DNA from: Escherichia phage HP3
Reading direction: 5' to 3' (one strand)
Length of the DNA: 64,000 bases
Sequence record: NC_041919.1
The position numbers and the translations under genes are program-made. Of the stretch, positions 28,073-38,281 are shown one piece after another. Below the pieces are notes generated by a model that had not been told where the DNA came from, searched no databases, and saw only the letters and a list, made by a program, of their open reading frames with translations. The stretch's first letter is position 1; each line of letters starts with the position of its first letter.

Positions 28073-28085
28073 TAGAATAAATCTA

Positions 28086-28106
28086 GGGACCTCCGGGTCC
28101 CTTTTT
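28086..28106 (+). terminator. rho-independent terminator (GGGACC-TCCG-GGTCCC + T5)
   Basis: hairpin plus T-run after gene 43. Confidence 0.7.
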
Positions 28107-28188
28107 CATACAAGTAATATAAATCTATACTTATGAAAAACAGATGATTCTGGACATTTAGAATTCCCTAAAAAATTTTCACAAAACT

Positions 28189-28218
28189 GTTTACATCTCT
28201 GTTCTTCCATGGTACTAT
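28189..28218 (+). promoter_or_regulatory. T4-type early promoter
   Basis: GTTTAC 28189-28194, TACTAT 28213-28218, A/T-rich upstream tract. Confidence 0.7.
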
Positions 28219-28258
28219 ACAACTATCAACTACTGATACGGATTTGGAGAATAAAATG
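28211..28258 (+). repeat. conserved leader cassette (copy 2 of 3)
   Basis: same as 1142-1186 with a 3-nt insertion; ends in ATG of the downstream ORF. Confidence 0.85.
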
Positions 28259-28492
28259 AAAATTGTTATGGGTTGCTTAGCAGTTTGTTTAGTTGCATTA
28301 GCAGCAGTTCCATTTGTTAGTGTTGAAAATGATACTCAACCTGTGATTGAATCTAGCACTGTTATTCACACTAATGGTAAAATATCAGTTAAAATTGATG
28401 ATAATCTTCATGTGAATACAAATGGATCTTTAGGTGTGCAAATGGGTAATACCTGCATAAGCACTACTGGAGTAATTACTACTTGTATTTGA
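28256..28492 (+). CDS. hypothetical secreted/membrane protein (78 aa)
   Basis: ATG 28256; N-terminal signal-like segment MKIVMGCLAVCLVALAAVPF. Confidence 0.5.
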   Translation: MKIVMGCLAVCLVALAAVPFVSVENDTQPVIESSTVIHTNGKISVKIDDNLHVNTNGSLGVQMGNTCISTTGVITTCI

Positions 28493-28502
28493 GGAAATTA
28501 TT

Positions 28503-28883
28503 ATGAAAATCGCTATTTTGGTTATTGCATTAGGTCTTACTGGTTGTGTAGCTCAAGGACCGGTAGTAAATCAGTCTGATGTAGGAAAAATTGTAAACTG
28601 TTCAAGCAAATTTTATAATCCTAATGTCAAGTGTTATAAAGAAGCTCCAAAACAGACAGTAGAACAAATGCAGGCGAATTTTGACGAGGCTATTCGTCCA
28701 GATGAATCTGCTCAAGCATATCGTAATTCGGATGTAATTACACGCGAAGAAAAAATTGAAAACTACTGCGCCGAGCTTTGGGCTAATTGGGCCAATAATT
28801 ACCAATGGCGTACTGGTAAAAATGCTCCGATGGAGTATGTAGTGAATTCTTATAATTCATGTGTAAAAAATTTGACTAAGTGA
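28503..28883 (+). CDS. putative lipoprotein (126 aa)
   Basis: signal peptide with lipobox LTGC; Cys-containing mature part. Confidence 0.55.
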   Translation: MKIAILVIALGLTGCVAQGPVVNQSDVGKIVNCSSKFYNPNVKCYKEAPKQTVEQMQANFDEAIRPDESAQAYRNSDVITREEKIENYCAELWANWANNYQWRTGKNAPMEYVVNSYNSCVKNLTK

Positions 28884-28890
28884 GGAAAAT

Positions 28891-29142
28891 ATGGAAACTT
28901 TAGTAACAGGTTCAATTTTTATGGTTTTAGTTTCAGGTGTGTTGGCTATTATTATATACATGCTTCCATGGTTTATCGCCTTGATGCGTGGGTCAAAATC
29001 GACAGTAGGAATCTTTTTCACATCTTTACTGTTTAACTGGTCAATTATTGGTTGGTTTATTACATTTATTTGGTCAATTGCGGGTGAAACTAAAAAGTCT
29101 GCACAGCCAAATCAAGTAATTATCATCAGAGAGAAGGAATGA
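28891..29142 (+). CDS. imm: immunity to superinfection membrane protein
   Basis: 83 aa, two hydrophobic segments; size and position between 43 and 42 fit T4 imm. Confidence 0.65.
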   Translation: METLVTGSIFMVLVSGVLAIIIYMLPWFIALMRGSKSTVGIFFTSLLFNWSIIGWFITFIWSIAGETKKSAQPNQVIIIREKE

Positions 29143-29288
29143 AAAGCAAAATTATAGCAGTGTTGCTTTTAATCTTGATGATTATAATAAGTATATACTA
29201 TAGTGTAACGGTTCCTCTTATGATTCCAACTATTATTTTAGGTTGGAGTTTATTACTGTTACAAGTTAAATATGAATGTATCAATTGA
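29139..29288 (+). CDS. hypothetical small membrane protein (49 aa)
   Basis: ATG 29139 overlapping imm stop (ATGA); strongly hydrophobic. Confidence 0.3.
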   Translation: MKSKIIAVLLLILMIIISIYYSVTVPLMIPTIILGWSLLLLQVKYECIN

Positions 29289-29295
29289 GGTTTAA

Positions 29296-30036
29296 ATGAT
29301 TAGTGACTCTATGACAGTTGAAGAAATCCGTCTTCATTTGGGGCTTGCATTAAAAGAAAAAGATTTCGTAGTTGATAAAACTGGTGTTAAAACTATTGAA
29401 ATTATTGGCGCATCATTTGTAGCAGATGAACCGTTTATTTTTGGCGCTCTTAATGATGAATACATTCAGCGTGAACTTGAATGGTATAAATCTAAGAGTT
29501 TGTTTGTTAAAGATATTCCAGGTGAAACACCAAAGATTTGGCAGCAGGTAGCATCTTCTAAAGGCGAAATTAACTCGAATTATGGTTGGGCTATTTGGTC
29601 AGAAGATAACTATGCCCAGTATGATATGTGTTTAGCTGAACTTGGTCAAAATCCTGATTCTCGACGTGGTATCATGATTTATACTCGTCCATCTATGCAG
29701 TTTGACTACAATAAAGATGGTATGTCAGATTTCATGTGTACTAATACAGTACAGTACTTGATTCGTGATAAGAAAGTCAATGCGGTAGTAAGCATGCGCT
29801 CAAATGACGTGGTCTTCGGATTCCGTAATGATTATGCATGGCAAAAATACGTATTAGATAAATTAGTATCTGATTTGAATGCAGGCGATTCAACTCGTCA
29901 GTATAAAGCAGGTTCTATTATATGGAATGTTGGAAGTCTTCATGTATATTCTCGTCATTTTTATTTGGTTGATCATTGGTGGAATACTGGCGAAACTCAT
30001 ATTGTGAAAAAAGACTATAAAGGTGAGTGGAAATGA
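29296..30036 (+). CDS. 42: dCMP hydroxymethylase gp42
   Basis: 246 aa; thymidylate-synthase-like fold sequence matching remembered T4 gp42. Confidence 0.95.
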   Translation: MISDSMTVEEIRLHLGLALKEKDFVVDKTGVKTIEIIGASFVADEPFIFGALNDEYIQRELEWYKSKSLFVKDIPGETPKIWQQVASSKGEINSNYGWAIWSEDNYAQYDMCLAELGQNPDSRRGIMIYTRPSMQFDYNKDGMSDFMCTNTVQYLIRDKKVNAVVSMRSNDVVFGFRNDYAWQKYVLDKLVSDLNAGDSTRQYKAGSIIWNVGSLHVYSRHFYLVDHWWNTGETHIVKKDYKGEWK

Positions 30037-30875
30037 TTCAATTCGTAATTCCAAGTTATCAACGTGTCGGGGCAGTTTCTGCCCTTAATATGTTTCCGAC
30101 TGATTATGAACCCCATATTGTGGTGCGTGAACACGAAGAAAAAGCTTATTATGATGCTTATGGGTCTAGAGCTAAAATTGTAACTATTCCTGATGATGTT
30201 AATGGAATTGCCGGTACTCGTAAAGCAATTACTGATATGTATGCAGGTCAACGAATCTGGATGATTGATGATGATACTACTATTCGTATGAGTTCAATAC
30301 GAAAGAGAGACGATAAACGGCGTGTAGATAAAATTAATCAATTAACTCGTGAACAGTTCTATGAATTAATTCAATACGTTGAAGATGCCATGGATTGCGG
30401 GTATTATCACGGTCATGCTCGTCTACCAATTTTTAAAATTACTTCATCTTGGGGCAATTATCGTGAAAACTCATATGGATTCACGAATACATGGTATGAC
30501 CTCGGAAAACTTACGACAGAACAAATTGGGTATGGAAAAATTGATTTATGCGAAGATATGTATGCATTTCTCAATTTAATTAATCAAGGTTATCCGCATT
30601 TGGCCTTGTTCAAATATCTAGTTGTATCTGGAAAATCACACGCTCCCGGTGGGTGTAGTTCAATTCGTAGTAATTCTAAACATAATAGAGCGCTTGAGCA
30701 AATCAATAGAGAGTTTCCAGAGCAAGCTCGTTGGAAAACATCGAATATTGAAAAACGAAAATCGTTGGGTGAAGAAGACGAGCCATTAAAGGTTCTTCGC
30801 ATGTGTGTTTCGCGTAAAGAAAAATCAGAAGCATTTCATAAGTTTAATGCTATTCATCCAATAGCAGTTGATTAA
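30033..30875 (+). CDS. glycosyltransferase at the beta-gt locus (candidate beta-glucosyl-HMC-alpha-glucosyltransferase)
   Basis: 280 aa from ATG 30033 (ATGA overlap with gene 42); DxD-like WMIDDDTT motif; unrelated to remembered T4 beta-gt sequence (351 aa). Confidence 0.65.
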   Translation: MIQFVIPSYQRVGAVSALNMFPTDYEPHIVVREHEEKAYYDAYGSRAKIVTIPDDVNGIAGTRKAITDMYAGQRIWMIDDDTTIRMSSIRKRDDKRRVDKINQLTREQFYELIQYVEDAMDCGYYHGHARLPIFKITSSWGNYRENSYGFTNTWYDLGKLTTEQIGYGKIDLCEDMYAFLNLINQGYPHLALFKYLVVSGKSHAPGGCSSIRSNSKHNRALEQINREFPEQARWKTSNIEKRKSLGEEDEPLKVLRMCVSRKEKSEAFHKFNAIHPIAVD

Positions 30876-30899
30876 TGCCTAAATTTATTGTGTTATAAT
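30874..30899 (+). promoter_or_regulatory. possible middle promoter upstream of uvsX
   Basis: imperfect MotA box ATGCCTAAA (30875-30883), 10-nt spacer, TATAAT (30894-30899). Confidence 0.3.
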
Positions 30900-30952
30900 T
30901 ACTATATCTTTAACCAGTGAGGAAAATATAATGATGCCTATGGAAAAAATGA

Positions 30953-32134
30953 ATGTCTATTGCAGATTTAAAATCCCGTTTGATTAAAGCTTCCACTTCT
31001 AAAATGACTGCTGAACTGACTACATCTAAATTCTTTAATGAAAAGGATGTAATTCGTACAAAAATTCCAATGCTTAATATCGCTATTTCTGGTGCGATTG
31101 ATGGCGGTATGCAGTCTGGTTTAACTATTTTTGCAGGGCCTTCTAAACACTTTAAATCAAATATGTCTTTGACTATGGTTGCGGCATATTTGAACAAATA
31201 TCCTGACGCGGTTTGTCTATTCTATGATAGCGAATTTGGTATTACTCCAGCTTATTTGCGATCCATGGGAGTTGACCCGGAACGTGTAATTCATACGCCA
31301 ATTCAATCAGTTGAACAGCTGAAAATTGATATGGTGAATCAGCTTGAAGCTATTGAGCGTGGTGAAAAAGTTATTGTATTCATCGATTCAATTGGTAATA
31401 TGGCTTCTAAGAAAGAAACTGAAGATGCCTTGAATGAAAAATCTGTGGCAGATATGACTCGTGCTAAATCACTGAAGTCATTATTCCGTATCGTTACTCC
31501 TTATTTTAGCATTAAAAATATTCCATGCGTTGCGGTTAACCATACAATTGAAACAATTGAAATGTTTAGTAAAACCGTGATGACAGGTGGTACAGGCGTA
31601 ATGTATTCGGCTGATACCGTATTCATTATCGGTAAGCGTCAGATTAAAGATGGTTCTGATCTTCAGGGGTATCAATTTGTTCTAAATGTAGAAAAATCTC
31701 GTACCGTTAAAGAAAAAAGTAAATTCTTTATTGATGTTAAATTTGACGGTGGTATCGATCCTTATTCTGGATTGTTAGATATGGCTCTAGAATTAGGATT
31801 TGTAGTAAAACCTAAGAATGGTTGGTATGCTCGTGAATTTCTTGACGAAGAAACCGGCGAGATGATTCGCGAAGAAAAATCTTGGCGTGCAAAAGATACT
31901 AACTGCACTACATTCTGGGGTCCTTTATTTAAGCATCAACCATTCCGAGATGCTATTAAACGTGCTTATCAGTTAGGTGCTATTGATAGTAATGAAATTG
32001 TTGAAGCTGAAGTTGATGAATTGATTAACTCAAAGGTTGAAAAATTTAAATCTCCAGAAAGTAAAAGTAAATCAGCTGCTGATTTAGAAACTGACCTCGA
32101 ACAGTTAAGTGATATGGAAGAATTTAATGAATAA
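30953..32134 (+). CDS. uvsX: recombinase UvsX (RecA-like)
   Basis: 393 aa; Walker A GPSKHFKS; matches remembered T4 UvsX. Confidence 0.95.
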   Translation: MSIADLKSRLIKASTSKMTAELTTSKFFNEKDVIRTKIPMLNIAISGAIDGGMQSGLTIFAGPSKHFKSNMSLTMVAAYLNKYPDAVCLFYDSEFGITPAYLRSMGVDPERVIHTPIQSVEQLKIDMVNQLEAIERGEKVIVFIDSIGNMASKKETEDALNEKSVADMTRAKSLKSLFRIVTPYFSIKNIPCVAVNHTIETIEMFSKTVMTGGTGVMYSADTVFIIGKRQIKDGSDLQGYQFVLNVEKSRTVKEKSKFFIDVKFDGGIDPYSGLLDMALELGFVVKPKNGWYAREFLDEETGEMIREEKSWRAKDTNCTTFWGPLFKHQPFRDAIKRAYQLGAIDSNEIVEAEVDELINSKVEKFKSPESKSKSAADLETDLEQLSDMEEFNE

Positions 32135-32471
32135 AGATGATTTAGACTTAGATCTAGAAATTATCGATGAATCCCCCTCTTCGGAGGGGGAAGAAGAAAG
32201 AAAAGAACGTCTTTTTAATGAGTCTCTTAAGATAATTAAATCCGCTATGGAAAATGTTATCCAGGAGATTGTCATTAAACTAGAAGATGGTTCTACACAC
32301 ATTGTGTATGTGACAAAATTAGATTGGGTTGATGGAAAAGTCGTAATGGACTTTGCTGTTCTTGACCAAGAAAGAAAAGCTGAGTTAGCTCCTCATGTAG
32401 AAAAATGTATTACAATGCAACTACAAGATGCATTTAATAAAAGGTCAAAGAAAAAGTTTAAATTCTTTTAA
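32127..32471 (+). CDS. 40: head vertex assembly chaperone gp40-like
   Basis: 114 aa from ATG 32127, overlapping uvsX stop; position between uvsX and 41. Confidence 0.65.
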   Translation: MNKDDLDLDLEIIDESPSSEGEEERKERLFNESLKIIKSAMENVIQEIVIKLEDGSTHIVYVTKLDWVDGKVVMDFAVLDQERKAELAPHVEKCITMQLQDAFNKRSKKKFKFF

Positions 32472-32480
32472 GGAGTAAGT

Positions 32481-33908
32481 GTGGTAGAAATTATTCTTTC
32501 TCATCTCATATTTGATCAAGCTTATTTTTCAAAAGTTTGGCCATATATGGATTCAGAATATTTTGAAAGTGGTCCAGCTAAAAATACATTCAAATTAATT
32601 AAATCTCATGTCAATGAGTATCATAGCGTTCCATCTATTAATGCGTTAAATGTTGCATTAGAAAATAGTTCATTTACTGAAACAGAATATTCTGGTGTAA
32701 AAACACTTATTTCAAAACTGGCTGATTCTCCGGAAGACCACAGCTGGTTAGTAAAAGAAACAGAAAAATATGTTCAGCAAAGGGCGATGTTTAATGCTAC
32801 GTCTAAAATAATCGAAATTCAAACTAATGCTGAGCTTCCTCCGGAAAAACGAAATAAGAAAATGCCAGATGTAGGTGCTATTCCTGACATCATGCGCCAA
32901 GCATTATCAATTTCATTTGATAGCTACGTTGGTCATGATTGGATGGATGACTATGAAGCGCGTTGGCTATCTTATATGAATAAAGCTCGTAAGGTTCCAT
33001 TTAAACTCAGAATTCTAAACAAAATTACTAAAGGCGGAGCTGAAACTGGAACACTGAACGTTTTAATGGCTGGTGTTAACGTTGGTAAGTCATTAGGACT
33101 TTGTTCATTAGCAGCAGATTATTTGCAGCTTGGTCATAACGTTCTTTATATCTCCATGGAAATGGCAGAAGAAGTCTGTGCTAAACGTATTGATGCTAAT
33201 ATGCTTGATGTTTCTCTTGATGACATTGATGACGGGCATATTTCTTACGCTGAGTATAAAGGAAAAATGGAAAAATGGCGCGAGAAATCTACTCTCGGTC
33301 GTTTAATCGTTAAACAGTATCCTACTGGTGGAGCAGACGCTAATACATTTCGATCACTTTTAAACGAATTGAAGCTCAAGAAGAATTTTGTTCCAACAAT
33401 CATTATTGTCGACTATCTAGGTATTTGTAAATCTTGTCGCATCCGAGTTTATTCAGAAAATAGTTACACAACTGTTAAAGCTATTGCAGAGGAATTGCGT
33501 GCTCTGGCTGTTGAAACCGAAACTGTTCTTTGGACTGCAGCACAGGTTGGTAAACAAGCTTGGGATTCTTCTGATGTTAACATGAGTGATATCGCAGAAT
33601 CTGCCGGTCTTCCAGCAACAGCTGATTTTATGCTTGCGGTCATTGAAACCGAGGAGTTAGCAGCTGCTGAACAACAACTTATTAAGCAAATCAAATCACG
33701 ATATGGTGATAAGAATAAATGGAATAAGTTTTTGATGGGTGTTCAAAAAGGAAATCAGAAATGGGTAGAAATTGAACAAGATTCTACTCCAACTGAAGTG
33801 AGTGAGGTAGCAGGTTCACAACAGATACAAGCTGAGCAGAATCGCTATCAAAGAAACGAATCGACTCGAGCTCAGTTAGATGCTTTGGCAAATGAATTAA
33901 AATTTTAG
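32481..33908 (+). CDS. 41: replicative DNA helicase gp41 (DnaB-like)
   Basis: 475 aa; Walker A GVNVGKS; GTG start after AAGGAG RBS. Confidence 0.95.
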   Translation: MVEIILSHLIFDQAYFSKVWPYMDSEYFESGPAKNTFKLIKSHVNEYHSVPSINALNVALENSSFTETEYSGVKTLISKLADSPEDHSWLVKETEKYVQQRAMFNATSKIIEIQTNAELPPEKRNKKMPDVGAIPDIMRQALSISFDSYVGHDWMDDYEARWLSYMNKARKVPFKLRILNKITKGGAETGTLNVLMAGVNVGKSLGLCSLAADYLQLGHNVLYISMEMAEEVCAKRIDANMLDVSLDDIDDGHISYAEYKGKMEKWREKSTLGRLIVKQYPTGGADANTFRSLLNELKLKKNFVPTIIIVDYLGICKSCRIRVYSENSYTTVKAIAEELRALAVETETVLWTAAQVGKQAWDSSDVNMSDIAESAGLPATADFMLAVIETEELAAAEQQLIKQIKSRYGDKNKWNKFLMGVQKGNQKWVEIEQDSTPTEVSEVAGSQQIQAEQNRYQRNESTRAQLDALANELKF

Positions 33909-33944
33909 TTTACAAGCTGACAAGACTATGGTATAGTAGTCTTG
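33908..33944 (+). promoter_or_regulatory. T4-type early promoter with inverted repeat around -10
   Basis: GTTTAC 33908-33913 (overlaps gene 41 stop), TATAGT 33932-33937; CAAGACTA (33921-33928) / TAGTCTTG (33937-33944). Confidence 0.65.
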
Positions 33945-33966
33945 TTGGTTAAATGAGGAGATTGTT

Positions 33967-34149
33967 ATGGAATTGGTAAAGGTAGTTTTTATGGGGTGGT
34001 TTAAGAATGAAAGCATGTTTACTAAAGAGATCACAATGATGAAAGATGACGTTCAATGGGCTACTACTCAATATGCTGAAGTTAATAAAGCACTAGTTAA
34101 AGCTTTCATTGATGACAAGAAGGTATGTGAAGTGGATTGCCGAGGATAA
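33967..34149 (+). CDS. dmd: Dmd-like protein (antitoxin against host RnlA/LsoA in T4)
   Basis: 60 aa, immediately downstream of gene 41 as in T4. Confidence 0.6.
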   Translation: MELVKVVFMGWFKNESMFTKEITMMKDDVQWATTQYAEVNKALVKAFIDDKKVCEVDCRG

Positions 34150-34150
34150 T

Positions 34151-34408
34151 ATGCATATCGTTTTATTTAAACCTACTCCGTATAATGTCAGGAAAAATAC
34201 TCAATTCAAAGCACTTATTGCAGATACGTGGGAATTAGTATTAGATATTCCGGCAGAAGAAAGCCCTCCATTTGGTCGAGTGGAATTTATTAAGTTTGCT
34301 GTGCGCCCTACAAAGCGACAGATTCGTCAATGCAAAAGATACTTTCGTAAAATCGCCAAGTTAGAGAAACAGTTTGTAACATGTGATTACGCAAAAGTTT
34401 TAAAATAA
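34151..34408 (+). CDS. hypothetical protein (85 aa)
   Basis: ATG 34151 after GAGGA; track ORF 34109 is an upstream extension. Confidence 0.45.
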   Translation: MHIVLFKPTPYNVRKNTQFKALIADTWELVLDIPAEESPPFGRVEFIKFAVRPTKRQIRQCKRYFRKIAKLEKQFVTCDYAKVLK

Positions 34409-34410
34409 CT

Positions 34411-34440
34411 GTTTACTTTTATTGGAAATTGAGATACTAT
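34411..34440 (+). promoter_or_regulatory. T4-type early promoter
   Basis: GTTTAC 34411-34416, TACTAT 34435-34440. Confidence 0.6.
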
Positions 34441-34468
34441 ATAAACATAAACTACTGAGGAGATTATC

Positions 34469-34762
34469 ATGAAAAAATTTATCTTTGCTGCAATTTTTGC
34501 TTTATCTTCTTGCGCTGCTCAGCCTGCTATGGCGGGTTATGACAAAGATTTGTGCGAATGGTCTATGACTGCGGATCAGACTGAAGTTGAAACTCAAATT
34601 GAAGCAGATATTATGAATATCGTTGAACGTGATCGTCCTGAAATGAAAGCTGAAGTGCAAAAACAGCTTAAGTCTGGTGGTGTAATGCAGTATAATTATG
34701 TTCTGTATTGCGATAAAAACTTTAATAATAAAAATATCATCGCTGAAGTGGTAGGTGAATAA
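34469..34762 (+). CDS. sp: spackle-like periplasmic protein
   Basis: 97 aa with signal peptide MKKFIFAAIFALSSCAAQPAMA; size and position fit T4 sp. Confidence 0.65.
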   Translation: MKKFIFAAIFALSSCAAQPAMAGYDKDLCEWSMTADQTEVETQIEADIMNIVERDRPEMKAEVQKQLKSGGVMQYNYVLYCDKNFNNKNIIAEVVGE

Positions 34763-35388
34763 TGCTTTATCAAATGCACAAGTGTAAAGACACGTACAAA
34801 TATAAAGGTGCCCAGTGTTATATCATTAATCGTGAAAACGCAGGTCCAGGCCATTCGCATCAATCACGGTTTGTATTCGTTAAAAATAATGAAATTATAG
34901 CAGTTGCTAATTATATGCTTGTGACCAATGATGTTAATCCGGTGCCTTTCACATATGACAATCTAATGGACTTGGCATATGATTATAATTGGTTTAATCA
35001 TGACAATTTAGTTCATATTGAAGGCGTAGGATTTGACATCTCTTATTCTAGTTATTCGTTGTGCCCTATGAGCCGAGCTCATAAAGAGCCTGAATATTTT
35101 TCATTTCGTCGGCGTGTAGACTTTAAACGCAGTACAGAGTATGTCGGTGGAATCTTTGTTAAAGATAATCGAATTACTCGCATTATTTATCCTTTGGGCT
35201 TTGGTCAAAAAGATATTGATGTTGATTTAGACTTTACTGAAAGCAGCATTAATCATATTGCTTCTGTGTATTTTGATATTGATCACAAAATTGTAATATG
35301 TGGATATGAATTACCATCCGAAAAACAGTCTAAAGTAAATGTTTCTATTGATGACCAAATTTTTAATGCTTTTATGAATAGAGGTTAA
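34762..35388 (+). CDS. hypothetical protein (208 aa)
   Basis: ORF with TAATG junction. Confidence 0.55.
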   Translation: MLYQMHKCKDTYKYKGAQCYIINRENAGPGHSHQSRFVFVKNNEIIAVANYMLVTNDVNPVPFTYDNLMDLAYDYNWFNHDNLVHIEGVGFDISYSSYSLCPMSRAHKEPEYFSFRRRVDFKRSTEYVGGIFVKDNRITRIIYPLGFGQKDIDVDLDFTESSINHIASVYFDIDHKIVICGYELPSEKQSKVNVSIDDQIFNAFMNRG

Positions 35389-35389
35389 T

Positions 35390-35554
35390 ATGAAAACATT
35401 TAAAGAATTTATTAAAGAAGATATGGTCGCTGGAGATTCAGGTGGTAATCCTGAAAATATCTCTACTGGAACAACATCAGGCGCTGTAGTAAATAAAGGT
35501 CCTGAACAGATTCCTAAAAAGAAAAAAGAGGAATCTAAAGAAAAAGAAGAGTAA
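35390..35554 (+). CDS. hypothetical small protein (54 aa)
   Basis: ATG 35390 after AGAGG; Lys/Glu-rich tail. Confidence 0.4.
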   Translation: MKTFKEFIKEDMVAGDSGGNPENISTGTTSGAVVNKGPEQIPKKKKEESKEKEE

Positions 35555-35556
35555 AA

Positions 35557-36585
35557 ATGTCATCAATACCTTGGATTGATAATGAGTTTGCGTATCGTGC
35601 ATTAGCTCATTTACCTAAATTCACACAAGTAAATAATAGTTCAACTTTTAAATTACGGTTTAGATGCCCAGTGTGTGGAGATTCAAAAACCGACCAAAAT
35701 AAAGCCCGTGGATGGTATTATGGTGATAATAATGAAGGAAATATTCATTGTTATAACTGTAACTATCATGCACCAATCGGAATATATTTAAAGGAGTTTG
35801 AACCTGATTTATATCGTGAGTATATCTTTGAAATAAGAAAAGAAAAAGGTAAAAGTCGTCCAGTAGAAAAACCTAAAGAACTTCCTAAACAACCTGAGAA
35901 GAAAATAATTAAATCTCTTCCGTCATGCGTTAGATTAGATAAACTGGCGGAAGACCATCCAATTATAAAATATGTAAAAGCTCGTTGTATTCCAAATGAT
36001 AAATGGAAATATCTTTGGTTTACAACCGAATGGCCTAAATTAGTTAATAGCATAGCACCAGGAACATACAAAAAGGAAATTTCTGAGCCTCGTCTTGTTA
36101 TTCCAATTTATAATGCTAATGGAAAAGCTGAGTCTTTTCAAGGACGTGCATTAAAGAAAGATGCTCCTCAAAAATATATCACCATTAAAGCTTATCCTGA
36201 GGCAACAAAAATATATGGAGTCGAACGAGTTAAAGATGGTGATGTATATGTTCTAGAAGGACCTATAGATTCACTTTTTATTGAAAATGGTATAGCTATT
36301 ACGGGTGGTCAATTAGACCTAGAAGTTGTTCCATTTAAAGATAGACGAGTGTGGGTTTTAGATAATGAACCTCGTCACCCTGACACTATCAAACGAATGA
36401 CTAAATTAGTTGATGCAGGAGAAAGAGTTATGTTTTGGGATAAATCTCCCTGGAAATCAAAAGATGTTAATGATATGATTAGAAAGGAAGGTGCAACCCC
36501 TGAACAAATTATGGAATATATGAAAAATAATATTGCCCAAGGGTTGATGGCTAAAATGCGGTTATCTAAATATGCCAAGATTTAA
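35557..36585 (+). CDS. 61: DNA primase gp61
   Basis: 342 aa; zinc ribbon CPVCGDS..CYNC; matches remembered T4 gp61 N-terminus. Confidence 0.95.
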   Translation: MSSIPWIDNEFAYRALAHLPKFTQVNNSSTFKLRFRCPVCGDSKTDQNKARGWYYGDNNEGNIHCYNCNYHAPIGIYLKEFEPDLYREYIFEIRKEKGKSRPVEKPKELPKQPEKKIIKSLPSCVRLDKLAEDHPIIKYVKARCIPNDKWKYLWFTTEWPKLVNSIAPGTYKKEISEPRLVIPIYNANGKAESFQGRALKKDAPQKYITIKAYPEATKIYGVERVKDGDVYVLEGPIDSLFIENGIAITGGQLDLEVVPFKDRRVWVLDNEPRHPDTIKRMTKLVDAGERVMFWDKSPWKSKDVNDMIRKEGATPEQIMEYMKNNIAQGLMAKMRLSKYAKI

Positions 36586-36782
36586 ATTAACCCAACTAAA
36601 GCAAATGCTAGATCTACGAATGTATCAAGAGTAATTACTGGAATATTAACACCATGAGCAATAGCAATTGGTGATAAAACAAAATTCCAGAGTAAAATTC
36701 CTACCATAGCAGAAATAGTAAAAGCTATACGTTTTTTATTACCTTTTATGGCATTAACAAGTGCCATTAATTTTTGTGCCAT
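36582..36782 (-). CDS. hypothetical small membrane protein (66 aa), convergent with gene 61
   Basis: ATG with strong AGGAGG RBS on - strand; two hydrophobic segments; no competing + strand ORF. Confidence 0.4.
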   Translation of the reverse strand: MAQKLMALVNAIKGNKKRIAFTISAMVGILLWNFVLSPIAIAHGVNIPVITLDTFVDLAFALVGLI

Positions 36783-36809
36783 ATGTCCTCCTTTAAATTA
36801 ATATTTATC

Positions 36810-36828
36810 ACAAATTTCATAAATTTGT
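36810..36828. repeat. perfect palindrome ACAAATTT-CAT-AAATTTGT
   Basis: 8-bp inverted repeat with 3-nt centre, abutting the -35 of the promoter at 36827. Confidence 0.9.
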
Positions 36829-36856
36829 TTACTTTCTCAGCTTGTTATGGTATTAT
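36827..36856 (+). promoter_or_regulatory. T4-type early promoter
   Basis: GTTTAC 36827-36832, TGGTATTAT -10 at 36851-36856. Confidence 0.65.
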
Positions 36857-36881
36857 AAAATAAATTGCTGAGGATGATATA

Positions 36882-38221
<1,340 letters not shown>

Positions 38222-38281
38222 TTGCTTACATACTCAAATGATATAATTATTTAACTTATTAATGAATTGAAAGGAAAAATA

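Noticed and set aside
28108-28135. Late promoter candidate TATAAATC downstream of gene 43
   Set aside because: Deviates from the TATAAATA late consensus at the last position and precedes only early-type signals.
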